This document shows positions 25,001 through 37,885 of a stretch of DNA of 64,000 nt, piece after piece. Position numbers and translations under genes: made by a program. Origin of the DNA: Eledone cirrhosa. Its lineage: Eukaryota. How positions within the stretch are numbered: the first letter of the stretch is position 1; every line of letters begins with the position of its first letter. The stretch lies in assembly GCA_964016885.1 (NCBI GenBank), contig OZ024740.1, positions 124,310,001-124,374,000 on the forward strand. The letters are read 5' to 3'. The notes under the pieces are model-generated. The model made no database searches, was not told the origin of the DNA, and saw only the letters and a program-made list of their open reading frames with translations.

Positions 25001-26824
25001 ATGTGTGTACTTAACGATGATGGCATACTTGCCATCACCGACGCCGATAAGAAGGTAGCTTGGAAGTGTCACTATGAAAGGCTACTAAATGAGGAGAATA
25101 AATGGGAGAAAGACAGTCTCCCCCACATCGACCCAATAGAGGGACCAGCAGTGTTAGTCGAGGGTAGTATAATAAGTAAGGCAATCAAAGATATGAAGAC
25201 AGGCAAGGCGGCTGGGCCTTCGGAAATAGTTGCCGAGATGCTGAAGGCATCTGGTACGGTGGGACACACCATGGTCACCCGGATAGTCAACCAAGTCATA
25301 CAGAATGGGGTTGTTCCGAAGGACTGGCGCAGCAGCATTATCGTTAACTGTTATAAGGGTAAAGGAGATGCCCTAGATAGGAGTAACTATAGAGGCATTA
25401 AATTAATCGACCAGGTCATGAAGGTCACGGAAAAAGTTATAGCGCAACTAATCAGAGAGCGAATTGATCTAGATGAAATGCAGTTCGGGTTTGTGTCAGG
25501 AAAAAGTACCACAGACGCACTTTTCATTGTACGACAACTACAGGAGAAGTACCTAGCTAAAAGTAAACCCCTATACTTAGCTTTCGTCGACTTGGAGAAG
25601 GCCTTCGACAGAGTCCCCCGTTCCATTATCTGGTGGGCTCTTAGAAAACTAGGTGTTGATGAATGGCTTGTGAGAGCTATACAAGCCATGTATAAAGAAA
25701 CAGTTAGCAAGGTTAGAATTAACAACGAATATAGTGAAGAGTTTAGTGTAAAAGTTGGTGTTCATCAGGGCTCTGTTCTTAGCCCCCTACTATTCATTAT
25801 TGCCCTCCAGGCTATAACAGTGGAGTTCAAGACCAGCTGCCCATGGGAACTCCTATACGCAGATGATCTAACGCTCATAGCTGAATCAATGGCCGAGCTA
25901 GAGAAGAAATTCCAAACACGGAAGCACGGCCTAGAATCAAAAGGCCTTAAAATTAACCTAGCTAAGACTAAAGTTCTAGTTTGTAAGAAAGAAAATAAGG
26001 CGGCGGTCCCCTCCGGGAAGTGGCCATGCGCAGAGTGTAGGAAAGGCGTAGGTAGAAATTCCATTTTGTGTCCCAAATGCAAAGTTTGGGTGCATAAAAG
26101 ATGTAGTGGGATCACAGGTAAGCTAACTAAGAACATAGATTTTACATGTGGCCGGTGTTCTGGGAATATAAGTAGCAGCAAGTGCCCACAAAATACTAGC
26201 TCCTTCAACTGCGCAGAGGGTTCTATAGAAATAGTGGACAGCTTCCGTTACCTGGGTGACAAAATCAGCAGTGGGGGAGGGTGCTCTGAAAGTACAGTAG
26301 CTAGAGTCAGAACTGAGTGGAAAAAGTTCAGAGAGCTTATACCACTATTAGCCGCTAAAGGGTTCTCCCTAAAAATGAAAGGCAGGCTGTACAATGCCTG
26401 CATACGAACAGCAATGTTGCATGGCAGTGAGACCTGGGCATTGTGTGCAGAGGATATACGCAGACTAGAGAGAAACGAAGCTTGCATGCTCCGCTGGATG
26501 TGTAATAGTAATATACGTGAACGACAAAGCATAAACGAACTAAGGAAAAAATTAGAAATAAGAGGGATCAGATGTTGTTTACTAGAGAGAAGGCTACGTT
26601 GGTATGGTCACGTGATGCGCATGAAGGATGATAGCTGTATAACAAAGTGCAGGGCAATAAAGATAGACGGTAGCCACGGAATAGGCAGACCCAGAAAAAC
26701 CTGGGACGAGCTGATAAACTCCGACCTCACACACTTACACCTCACCAAGACAATGTCACTGGACCAAGACCTTTGGTGGTACTCAGTAATAGAGAAGACC
26801 CGCCTTGCCAGTAGGCATCTCTAA
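25001..26824 (+). CDS. RTE reverse transcriptase with internal PHD-type Cys/His finger (N-terminally truncated)
   Basis: KAAGPSEI, NYRGIKL, QFGF, FVDLEKAFDRV, GVHQGSVLSPLLF, LLYADDL, FRYLG, RRLRWYGHV and GRPRKTW; finger CAEC..CPKC..H..C..CGRC. Confidence 0.9.
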   Translation: MCVLNDDGILAITDADKKVAWKCHYERLLNEENKWEKDSLPHIDPIEGPAVLVEGSIISKAIKDMKTGKAAGPSEIVAEMLKASGTVGHTMVTRIVNQVIQNGVVPKDWRSSIIVNCYKGKGDALDRSNYRGIKLIDQVMKVTEKVIAQLIRERIDLDEMQFGFVSGKSTTDALFIVRQLQEKYLAKSKPLYLAFVDLEKAFDRVPRSIIWWALRKLGVDEWLVRAIQAMYKETVSKVRINNEYSEEFSVKVGVHQGSVLSPLLFIIALQAITVEFKTSCPWELLYADDLTLIAESMAELEKKFQTRKHGLESKGLKINLAKTKVLVCKKENKAAVPSGKWPCAECRKGVGRNSILCPKCKVWVHKRCSGITGKLTKNIDFTCGRCSGNISSSKCPQNTSSFNCAEGSIEIVDSFRYLGDKISSGGGCSESTVARVRTEWKKFRELIPLLAAKGFSLKMKGRLYNACIRTAMLHGSETWALCAEDIRRLERNEACMLRWMCNSNIRERQSINELRKKLEIRGIRCCLLERRLRWYGHVMRMKDDSCITKCRAIKIDGSHGIGRPRKTWDELINSDLTHLHLTKTMSLDQDLWWYSVIEKTRLASRHL

Positions 26825-27190
26825 CAAAATACACCCCATCCCACCACCACCCCCACCCCCACCCCATCCACACCACCCCGTTCTATGTAAAGTTATGTTG
26901 GTGCCGCGCCATCCAGGCCGAAACAAATGAGATCGTGTAGGTGTCACAACAAAAAAACACACAGTCCACGCTGTAATGTGGCCATGTAGGCAACACGGTA
27001 AAAACCTCCCAGACCCACACTGTAAATGTGGTTGGTGTTAGGAAGGGCATCCAACTGTAGAAAACCTGCCAGACAGTCCTATGCGAGCAAGAAAATCACT
27101 CTTGCCTCAAGTGGGACTACCCCCGTCCAAACCCATGCAAGCATGGAACACGGACGTTAAACGTTGATGATGATGATGATGATGATGATG
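25001..27190 (+). mobile_element. RTE-clade LINE, 5'-truncated (copy A)
   Basis: Uninterrupted 607-codon RT ORF, then a 3' UTR ending ggacgttaaacgtt(gat)n. Confidence 0.95.
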
Positions 27191-27311
27191 TTTGAAAGTA
27201 ATCAGTTGCCTTCTTATACAAATACATACATATGTACATATATATGTGTGTGTATATGTGTGTGTATGTACGTGTGTGTGCGTGCACACACACACACATA
27301 TATATATTATA

Positions 27312-27375
27312 AGTACCCTACCCTAAGTATTGAGTACTCTGATGCATTATGGTCTCTTACCACACCCTCTTTGTG

Positions 27376-27378
<3 letters not shown>
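27312..27378 (+). mobile_element. Tail-only copy of the 448-636 family in (TA)n
   Basis: ctaccctaagtattgagtactctg.tgc.ttatggtc..cttaccaca matches 41090-41130. Confidence 0.7.
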
Positions 27379-27411
<33 letters not shown>

Positions 27412-27744
27412 TAAATATTTGAGAGTTTATGCAGCTGAAGGACTCTGAAATAGTATGGCCTAAAGAAAATTGGGTCTGATTTTCAACATCTGCACTACAA
27501 GAAGAATGTGTTTGGTTATTAATAATAAAAAAATATAATTTGCTAAGACAAATGAATCAAGATCTCCATAATTGAATGTCTTTAGAAGCCACCCTCATTT
27601 TTAACAACAAAAATGTCCATTGATACATGGAGTGAAAAGGTGACAGATAGCCAATCAGATTAGTGAATGGTTTTTTTCATCATCCTTCAAAATACCTTTT
27701 ACTTCTGCCCATTTTTTTGTATTAATGTGTGTATGACGTTCGTC

Positions 27745-28030
27745 ATGGCATTGTTTAGTGGTAAGAGTATTTGGCTCACAATCATAAGGCTGTGAGTTCT
27801 ATTTCTAGTGGCGTGTTGTTTTTTCATTGTCTGTCAAAGCACTCTTTTCTTCTGTCCATCTTTTGATTTCATATTGTTAACATGTGGATGTCTTTTAATT
27901 ACAGCATGACTAAGTGGTTAGTGTATTTGGCTCATGGTCGTAAAGTTGTGAGTTCGATTCCTGGTGGTGTATTGTGTCCTTGAACAAGACTCTTTATTTC
28001 ACATTGCTCCAGTCCACTTTTCCTATAAAA
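27745..28030 (+). mobile_element. Two decayed tRNA-derived SINE heads
   Basis: agtggt.ag.gtatttggctca..gtgagttc(g/t)att.ct.gtgg occurs twice; the second is followed by gtgtccttgaacaagac. Confidence 0.6.
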
Positions 28031-29050
28031 GCAACTTGGGGGTGGCCTGTCGGATATAAGAAACAAGAGATGAGGCATGGGAGAGACATGGTCTGACAGG
28101 AAATAGAAAAGAATTGAAAGGCATTCTATGGTGAACATTTCCTGGCAACAACGGATTACTAGAATTGATGAAATCTGAACTTGTTTGAAAAATTCAACAT
28201 TAGTGCAGGGGTGGAGGGCATATCTTGGTAGAGACGAACACATAGAGCAGCTAAGGTGGCTAAAGGGCAGTAACATCAGCTATAGAATGGAATGGGCCAT
28301 ACTTAAGCAAGCTGACAAAAGAACACCAAGATGACTATAGAAGAAATAGTGAAGTCTGATCTCAGGATGATGGACCTCACAAAATTGATATGGTAGACTG
28401 TAACAACTGTCGAGATGCTCTGCTAGAGAGAGTCATCCGAATAAAGCCTGCATGAAAGACTGATGTAAAATGATTATGATGCATGTGTGACTATGCAAGT
28501 ATAGTTTTGCTGCCAGTCTGTAAAAAAATGTAAAAGAAAAGTTATAATTTGATAATTTTTTTTTCTTTTTTGGTAATTATTAAAAAAAATATAACACCAC
28601 CATTTGAAAACTTGTCTCAAGTTGTCTACATGCCATAGACTTTTATTTTCAATTTGTCTACTATAATCATGTATATACCTATACATACACACACACACAT
28701 ATATATATAATATATACATTTCTAATAGTTAGTTTAGTTGTTTTTTTTTCTGACTACACATATTCCTAACTACTACACAATACAAATACAAAATAATTGG
28801 CACCTTTATTTTTTATTATAGGACATTCCAGGAAACCAATTTTCATTCTGGTTTTCCTTAAAGGTTAAAAATAGATTAGTGTAATGTTAAAAGCAAATAA
28901 ATATGTCTACAGTGGTTTGATTGGTGGAGGGTTGGTAGAAAGAAAGCAATTTCCAAAATCTTCGGAAGAAGGGTAAAAACATTTATACATATATATATGC
29001 ATGCACACATCTCTCTCTCTCCCTCTCACTCTCTCCCTCTCTCTCTCTCT

Positions 29051-29130
<80 letters not shown>

Positions 29131-29456
29131 CAAACGGAATAAAAAATAGAAAAAAAGAGAAAAGATCTTTTTTGTTCTCTTTCTCATTGCAATCATTATA
29201 AAAATAACTTCCTCTTGTAGTAGTATTTAAAACTAAGAAAATAATAATAAAAAAACTAAAAGAGAAAAATAGAAAGACACTAAATAAAATAAGAATGAAA
29301 ATACTTGTAATTTTTTGTAAATTAAATTTTCTGTGTGGTATTGACCATCGAAATTAAACATGTCAATAACAAATCTAGTTGTAATTTTTTATGATTTTAT
29401 ATAAAATGTATTTTACAATAAAGTGTCATTCACAAGGAAAATTAACACAATGCATC

Positions 29457-29775
29457 AATGATGATGATGACGATGAATAGGGTGATGATGATGATAATCA
29501 TGATGATGATGATAATTATGATGATGATGATAATCATGATGATCATGATGGTGATGATCATGATGATGATGGTGATTGGGGGAGGGGGTGACGTTGTTGA
29601 TAGTGGTGATGGTGATTATGATGATAATGTTGATGTTAATGATTTCAAACTGTAAAATTGATGCTGATGGTATTGACAACAATGATGCCGATGATAACAA
29701 CAACAGCAACAATGATGATGGAGATAACAATTCTGGAGATCTTCCCTATGATGATGGTTATGATGGTGATGATTA
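29457..29775. repeat. (ATG/GAT)n low-complexity tract
   Basis: Seen directly. Confidence 0.9.
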
Positions 29776-30581
29776 TTTTATACAATTCTAAGTAATTACT
29801 GCTTGACAGAATTTCAGCCATAGAGCATCAGCGACTCAAAACTGGTTTAAAGAATACTCTCAGGACAGTCAATATTGCCAATGGTTCTTATACCATAAAT
29901 GTAATCAAAGCTGATTGATATTGATCAATTATAATCAATAATTGTTTTTAGTTTCCTTGACCTTTCTAAGAGAGAGCAAACTGGAACATTTTTTCCAAAT
30001 TCATCAAAAACTGTATTTTATCAGATTAATTTAATCACATACAGATTGTTGTTGTAGTTATTGTTGGTAGTGGTGGTGATGGTATTGTTGAGATAGTTAC
30101 TTTCAGTGAACACTTTGAACCTGTCAGCTTGGTATTCTGGTATTATCAATGATTGACTATATCCTACCATCTTTTTATTATTTTATGCCACCACATCTCT
30201 TCGCTACTGTTATTAATAATGGTTTCTACACAAATCAATGATCATTTCACACTGTTCTTTCTGCTTGTGTTCTTAAGTAAGGGAATGTCATGATGTTTGA
30301 ATTGATGAATTATTTTCTTTCAGTGATTTTCATGCAAGCACACAAGGTTGAGGGCTGTACATGTAGCAGGAGCTTAAGATTCAAAGGGTTACATCATAAA
30401 TTAAAATCTGGGTTATGTTGTACTGTTTGTCTGATCTGGAAACTTGCATACGTTCTGTGTCTTTTAGTATTTGGTTATATTGTGAGCAGTTGACTTTTCA
30501 TTCTAAAGAAATGATGGTGAACCATTTTAGCTCAACTTGTTGACATTGTAATTCCTTTAATAATCAGATTATAAATGAATA

Positions 30582-33240
30582 TCATCATCATCATCATCAT
30601 CAACGTTTAACGTCCGTGTTCCACGCTTGCATGGGTTTGGACGGGGGTATTCCCACTTGAGGCAAGAGTGATTGTCTTGCTTGCGTAGGACTGTCTGGCA
30701 GGTTTTCTACAGTTTGATGCCCTTCCTAACACCAACCACATTTACAGTGTGGGACTGGGAGATTTTTACCGTGTTGCCTACACGGCCACATTACAGCGTG
30801 GACTGTGTGTTTTTTTGTCGTGACACCTACACGATCTCATTTGTTTCGGCCTGGATGTTGTGGCACCAACATAACTTTACATAGGAGGGGGTGGTGTGGA
30901 TGGGGGTGTGGGTGGTGGGACGGGGTGTATTTTGTTAGAGATGCCTACTGGCTGTAGTAGGTTTTACTATGTATTTAGGTAAGGCGGGTCTTCTCTATTA
31001 CTGAGTACCGCCAAAGGTCTCGGTCCAGTGACATTGTCTTGGAGAGGTGTAAGTGTGTGAAGTCGGAGTTTATCAGCTCGTCCCAGGATTTTCTAGGTCT
31101 GCCTATTCCGTGGCTACCGTCTATCTTTATTGCCCTGCACTTTGTTATACAGCTATCGACTTTCATGCGCATCACGTGTCTGTACCAACGTAGCCTTCTC
31201 TCGAGTAAACAACATCTGATCCCTCTTATTTCTAATTTTTTCCTTAGTTCGTTTATGCTTTGCCGTTCACGTATATTACTATTACACATCCAGCAGAGTA
31301 TGCAAGCTTCGTTCCTCTCTAGTCTGCGTATATCCTCTGCGCACAATGCCCAGGTCTCACTGCCATGCAACATTGCTGTTCGTATGCAGGCATCATACAA
31401 CCTGCCTTTCATTTTTAGGGAGAACCCTTTACCGGCTAATAGTGGTATAAGCTCTCTGAACTTTTTCCATCCAGTTCTGACTCTAGCTACTGTACTTTCA
31501 GAGCACCCTCCCCCACTGCTGATTTTGTCACCCAGGTAACGGAAGCTGTCCACTATTTCTATAGAGCCCTCTGCGCAATTGAAAGAGTTAGTATTTTGTG
31601 GGCACTCGCTGCTACTTATTGCACCAGAGCACCGCCCACATGTAAAATCTAAGTTCTTAGTTAGCTTACCTGTGATCCCACTACATCTTTTATGCACCCA
31701 TACTTTGCATTTGGGACATAAAATGGAGTTTCTACCTACGCCTTTCCTACACACTGAGCATGGCCATTTCCCGGATGGGACCGCCGCCTTATTTTCTTTC
31801 CTACAAACTAGAACTTTAGTCTTAGCCAGGTTAATTTTAAGGCCTTTTGATTCTAGGCCGTGCTTCCATGTTTGGAATTTCTTCTCTAGCTCGGCCATTG
31901 ATTCAGCCATGAGTGTCAGGTCGTCTGCGTATAGGAGTTCCCATGGGCAGCCGGTCTTGAACTCCTCTATTATAGCCTAAAGGGCAATAATAAATAGTAG
32001 GGGGCTGAGAACAGAGCCCTGATGGACGCCAACTTTTATGCTAAACTCTTCACTATATTCGTTGTTAATTCTAACCTTGCTGACTGTTTCTTTATACATG
32101 GCTTGTATAGCTCTCACAAGCCATTCGTCGTCACCTAGTTTTCTAAGGGCCCACCAGATAATGGAACGGGGGACTCTGTCGAAGGCTTTCTCCAAGTCGA
32201 CAAAAGCTAAGTAGAGGGGTTTACCTTTAGCTAGGTACTTCTCCTGTAGTTGACGTACAATGAAAAGAGCGTCTGTGGTACTTTTGCCTGACACAAACCC
32301 GAACTGCATTTCATCTAGGTCAATTCTCCCTCTGATTAGTTGCGCTATTACTTTTTCCGTGACCTTCATGACCTGGTCGATTAGTTTAATGTCTCTATAG
32401 TTACTCCTATCTAGGGCATCTCCTTTACCCTTATAACAGTTAACGATGATGCTGCTATGCCAGTCCTTCGGAACAACCCCATTCTGTACGACTTGGTTAA
32501 CTATCCGGGTGACCAAGGTGTGTCCCACCGAGCCAGATGCCTTCAGCATCTCAGCAACTATTTCCGAAGGCCCAGCCGCCTTACCCGTCTTCATATCCTT
32601 GATTGCCTTACTTATTATACTACCCTCGACTAACACTGCTGGTCTCTCTATTGGGTCGATGTGGGGGAGACTGTCTTTCTCCCATTTATTCTCCTCATTT
32701 AGTAGCCTTTCATAGTGGCACTTCCAAGCTACCTTCTTATCAGTGTCGGTGATGGCAAGTACGCCGTCATGATTAAGTACACACTTCTTCCCGACAATAT
32801 CACGGTTTTCCTTGACACATTGCCTAGCAATTCTGAACACCTCACGTTTTTCGTCCTCGCGTTGTAGAACATGCTTGAACTTTCTTTCCTCTGCTTCCCT
32901 TCTTGCGAAGTACACTTGTCTCCTAGCCTCCCTCCTGGCCACTTGATAGTCTTCTCTACTTCCCCCATCCCGCCATACTTTCCAAGCCTGCTTTTTGGCC
33001 TTAATTGACCCCTCCACCCTACTGTTCCACCACCATGTTACTCTCCTCCTGCCTACAGGCCTGCTCCAGCCACAGACTTCGTCTGTCGCCATCAGCAGGT
33101 TTGCTTTCAGAAATTCCCACTGTCCCTCTATATTGTCCGACTCTAAATGCTCTTCCTTACTGTCGAAAGCATCAAGTAATATGCTTTGAAATTTATTTCT
33201 GGCTGTGGGGTCCTTTAGCTTCCATATTTTTCTCCTGAGG
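30582..33240 (-). mobile_element. RTE-clade LINE, 5'-truncated (copy B), with a premature stop at 31977-31979
   Basis: ORFs 31977-33092 and 30975-31910 are collinear with copy A. (CAT)n tail at 30582-30600. Possible TSD ataaatga(a)tat at 30571-30582 / 33242-33252. Confidence 0.95.
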
Positions 33241-36046
33241 AATAAATGATATTGTGGAGATATTTCGTTTTCGAATTATTGGTAACACTAACACATTGTG
33301 ACTCAAAATAAAGGCATATATAAATCTATTGAAATGCATTTGTTACTTCTACTTAGTATTTTTGCAACTGAACTACTCACAGATAGAAGGAATATATGTT
33401 TATTATATACAAACATATTGTATATTGATTCATAAATGCCTTTATTCTTAAGCACACTGTCAGTGATATTGCTAATTAAAACTAACTGATCTAGCTTACA
33501 CTATACATAAGTAAGATTTCACCAAGAATAGTTTGTTTATAAAATCCATATGAAAATATTGTCTTCTACACTTCATCACTTGGGAGTTGATAAGTGTATG
33601 CTAAGCATATGTAAAAACATTGATATGCATCTGCTACTCCTATCGTGGCTGCTGAAGTAACTGTGATATTTTAAATACTCATAATAAGAATACACATATA
33701 TTTATTGTGCATAAACATATTGTATATGGTTTCATATATGAATTTATTTGGTTTCAGATTGCATTGCCTGACACCATCACTGATCAAAACTGACATATGG
33801 CTGTTTTGTGGTGCACTGGATGATTTCAGAGCTTCTACATACATTTCTTTATATTTCTGGGTAAGTATCTTTATTACTCATGTTTTCATCATTGAGGGAG
33901 CAGACATATGTTCAAAGGCATTCCAGGTATGGCCAATCTATCCTTTTAATAATACATTATCCAAAATGTTTTTCCTTATATAAGTTGGTATGATGTGATC
34001 TGAGTCAATTTAGTTGCTGTTTCTAGCAGATTGTGTGACAATGTAGACATTTCCATTTTGCTTCATAATATTGTTTTTCAGCATCAGATCAGCCCTGATT
34101 GAGCAGAATATGATTAAAGGCATTCTAGATTTTATCATCTTATCATTTTAATAATATCTAAGACTACATTATCCAGTCTGCCCTTTCCTAATTTTAGGTG
34201 GTAGGCTGAGATTTGAAGAAATTAGAATCTAGAAAGTTGAGTGAACATGTAGAGATTTCCTTGTTTGAACATTCATTAAGTTGTCAGGATAAGCAACATA
34301 TTTTCAAGAGATTCATTTTACAGAATTCACCTTTTCTTCATTGATAGTTAATTCTAATCACAAAACATATATTTACCACACAGGTGAATCTGTGATTCCA
34401 AATGAAGTCATTCTATAGCTCTTGATCCTCATGTATGTGATTTCCGATCATAGCCAATAATCTGTATAAATGAAGGCTCTTTTTGTTGCATGTTTATGAT
34501 ATACTATGAACTGGGTGAAACTGTGATTTTTAAAAAAAATGAAAGAAATGTAACTCTCTAAATGTCATATTTGTGAGTAGCACTCCTTTTGATACCAAAC
34601 CATCCAAAACTGGCTTTTCTTTTATATAACAAGTTTTATAGGATTCCAATTTAAATTCAAATATTCCAACAATTTTTGCATGATGCATCTATAATTTGCA
34701 GTATCTTTGCGTCTACACCTATGGCTATTATAAAGATAGAATTTAAAAAAAACACATAAGATTAATATTTTACAACCAATTACAAGAGCTTTTTGGTTCC
34801 CATGCCAAGCAGAAAAAAATATAGCTGCCATATTGCTTATCAAAACTAGCAATTATATTTTACAGTTATATATGTAGATTTAACTGTGTGTATCTGATTC
34901 AGAATAGATACACAGTATTTTTGCATCTCATAAGAGACAACTAAACTGGTTGCTACCACGAAGGGTATCCAGCCATAAAGCATCCCCAAAATGATTATGA
35001 AACCTGTCTGGGCTCCCACAAGAAATTGGTTTTAAAATGATTGTTGTTGATGTTGAATTTGCATGTCTAGATTTGATAAGTTTTACAAAATAAATAGAGG
35101 TATCTTGTACAATAATGAGGTATCTTGCTGGAAAATAATACTAGAGTTATAACTATCCTTATTTAGGATAGAAATATTGTACATGGTTTATTATTATTAA
35201 CAATATAATTGTTTTTTAAATCTTATATTTTCAGAATCGAAGTTTGTAAATAAAATTCAAAATAAAGATATGGGATACAATTTTGTTAATATGTGTCAAC
35301 AAATCAAAGTATGAATGAATCAATCTAGTTAGTAATTTCTTTAGAAGAACTGATAAATTAGTATATTGTAGCAAATCACTTTCATTTGTTTCACTTTAGA
35401 TGTTTATAGATAATTTTGTTATTCCTGCTTTTAGAAAACTTATTTTGTTCATTAATACAATTATGGTATATTTGATATTTAATATTTACTATTACAATTT
35501 TGTTGCATCATTGCATATTGTAAAATGTATATGAGATATTATAACTAAAGAATAAAGAAAGAAATACAATACAATGTACTTTTAGAATGGCACATCTAAT
35601 GAAATCACATAGTTTTAACTTTAATAATGAATATTAAAATCTGTTTTGAAAGATATAATTCAATTAACGTTCAAATATTTATTTTGTAAATTAATTTTAA
35701 TGCATTTCCACCTGATCAAACAAAGGAACAACATATTGACTGTACTTTCTTCACTTAAGGAAATTTAAATTTAATTCCACAACAGTACTAAACCAACACA
35801 TTATGGGGAACTATCAAATTATAAAATAGACGAATGAGGATTCTCAAAATCTGCGTTTGATCACAGCTTGTGACATGATAAGCCACTATCTTCTACTATA
35901 GCCTTGGGTTGATCAATATTGTATAAGAGGAATTTAGTATATAAAAAGTGTATGGAAGTCTACCACACGCACACACACACACACACACATATACATATAT
36001 ATGTATATCTATCTATCTATCTATCTACCAATCTCTGTCTCTCTCA

Positions 36047-36080
<34 letters not shown>

Positions 36081-36348
36081 GCAAAAGTTCTATTTAAAAT
36101 TGTTGGGATACAACAAGTAAATATTTTTATAACTGATATAAAGCACTCGACAAGTATTTGGAGTAGATATACGATATTAACAAAAATAATGGTTGCATTT
36201 TAAAAGGGTACGTCAAAGCTTATTTGTAAAACTGTTATATATTGTATTTTGTCTGATGAAGGCATACCATAATTTAATTTGGTATCCCTGAAATATGTAT
36301 AATGAAATAAATATGGTTTTATAAATATAGTTTCCATTTATTAATATC

Positions 36349-36350
<2 letters not shown>
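36081..36350. mobile_element. Second insertion of the 12277-12712 family (inverted tail plus hammerhead arm)
   Basis: 36081-36183 is the reverse complement of about 12612-12712, and 36186-36350 matches 12459-12624. (TA)n on both sides. Confidence 0.85.
36247..36307 (+). ncRNA. Type I hammerhead
   Basis: ttttgt-CTGATGA-aggcatacca..tggtatccct-GAAA-tatgta-TA-atgaaa. Confidence 0.8.
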
Positions 36351-36408
<58 letters not shown>

Positions 36409-37104
36409 AAAGGATAACAAGGACAATTGGTTACTCCTTTATTACATTTATCGGTAGGTGACGCGCGTTGCGCCACTGATCAGCTCAAGGTTCGATCTGT
36501 ATCGATCTTACCCGAGTCAATAATCGGCAGCTCGACGAACCCTTTAAAATGCTATAAGAAAATGAATACATGCTATGTGATAAAGTCAGAAGTTCATAAG
36601 TTGGACAATATGAGTTGTTTTGATTGGTGGAAAAGATCATAGGGATATATTGGCCTGTAGTGTATGTGGGGGTGGATGTGATGATAAGATGGTGGTGACG
36701 GTCGCTGACTGGGTTGGGCTGTGGTGTGTGGGAAGTGGATTGTCAGTAGACAGGTGGGCGTATATTTGTGGATGGTTATTGTGTGGGGTGTGGTTGTGGT
36801 GTTGTTTATGGTAGTGGCGTTTGTGGTGGTGTGGTGGATGTGTTGGTGGTCTCAAGTCCATGGGGAGATACATACCTAGAAACTCTTAGTCTGACAAATA
36901 CGTTGTGTATATATACATGCGCATATATACTGACATATATATACATACACACTTATATACACACACATACACACGCCCACATACATCCACACATACATAT
37001 ATCTATATGTATATATACACACACATTTATATGCATGCGCGCGTGTGGTTATATAGAGAGAGGGGGGAGTATCGGTGGGGATATATATATATATATATAT
37101 ATAC

Positions 37105-37877
37105 TAAACGGAAAAAATGAAACGATATTTCATTTCCCACTCTTAGTACGGCTGTTACTTAAATATAAGTATGTACACGTACATACATATATGTATACCG
37201 ACGTACAGTAGTATGTATATATATATATATACATACATGCACACATATATATATGCACGTATGGATTCACCGAATATTTATTACAATGCTCGGTGTGTTT
37301 GTAAACAAACATCCCGTATTAAGCCGTAGTGTCTAGCAACCACCGTTGCTCGTTTGTTGTGCATATATATATGTGTGCATGTATGTATATATATATATAT
37401 ACATACTACTGTACGTCGGTATACATATATGTATGTACGTGTACATACTTATATTTAAGTAACAGCCGTACTAAGAGTGGGAAATGAAATATCGTTTCAT
37501 TTTTTCCGTTTATCGTTTTCGGTGCACCCGGCCGATTAACCCACTCGATATGCAAATTGGGCTACTCAGCCGTTAATATGCATAAGGTAAGTATATACGT
37601 TCAACAATCTGGCAGGAAGGTATACGTTGCTGACGATAGCTAACAAGCTTGAAACTAGTACAGCGTTCCTTTGTCAGTGTTGAACAAACGAGCAACGGTG
37701 GTTGCTAGACACTACGGCTTAATACGGGATGTCTGTTTACAAACACACCGAGCATTGTAATAAATATTCGGTGAATCCATACGTGCATATATATATGTGT
37801 GCATGTATGTATATATATATATATACATACTACTGTACGTCGGTATACATATATGTATGTACGTGTACATACTTATA
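37105..37877 (+). mobile_element. Retrozyme-like non-coding element: 424-bp monomer, 1.2 tandem copies plus an inverted junction-spanning segment
   Basis: gtgcatatatatatgtgtgcat..acgtgtacatactta occurs at 37359 and 37783. Segment 37105-37358 is the reverse complement of the unit read across its end-start junction. Confidence 0.85.
37624..37666 (+). ncRNA. Minimal type I hammerhead (intact)
   Basis: acgttg-CTGACGA-t-agct aaca agct-t-GAAA-ctag-TA-cagcgt. Stem I can extend via gttcaaca..ctggca / tgtcag.tgttgaac. Confidence 0.9.
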
Positions 37878-37885
37878 TATATATA

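Noticed and set aside
29455-29791. Poly-His, poly-Met and poly-Asp ORFs
   Set aside because: Trinucleotide low-complexity tract.
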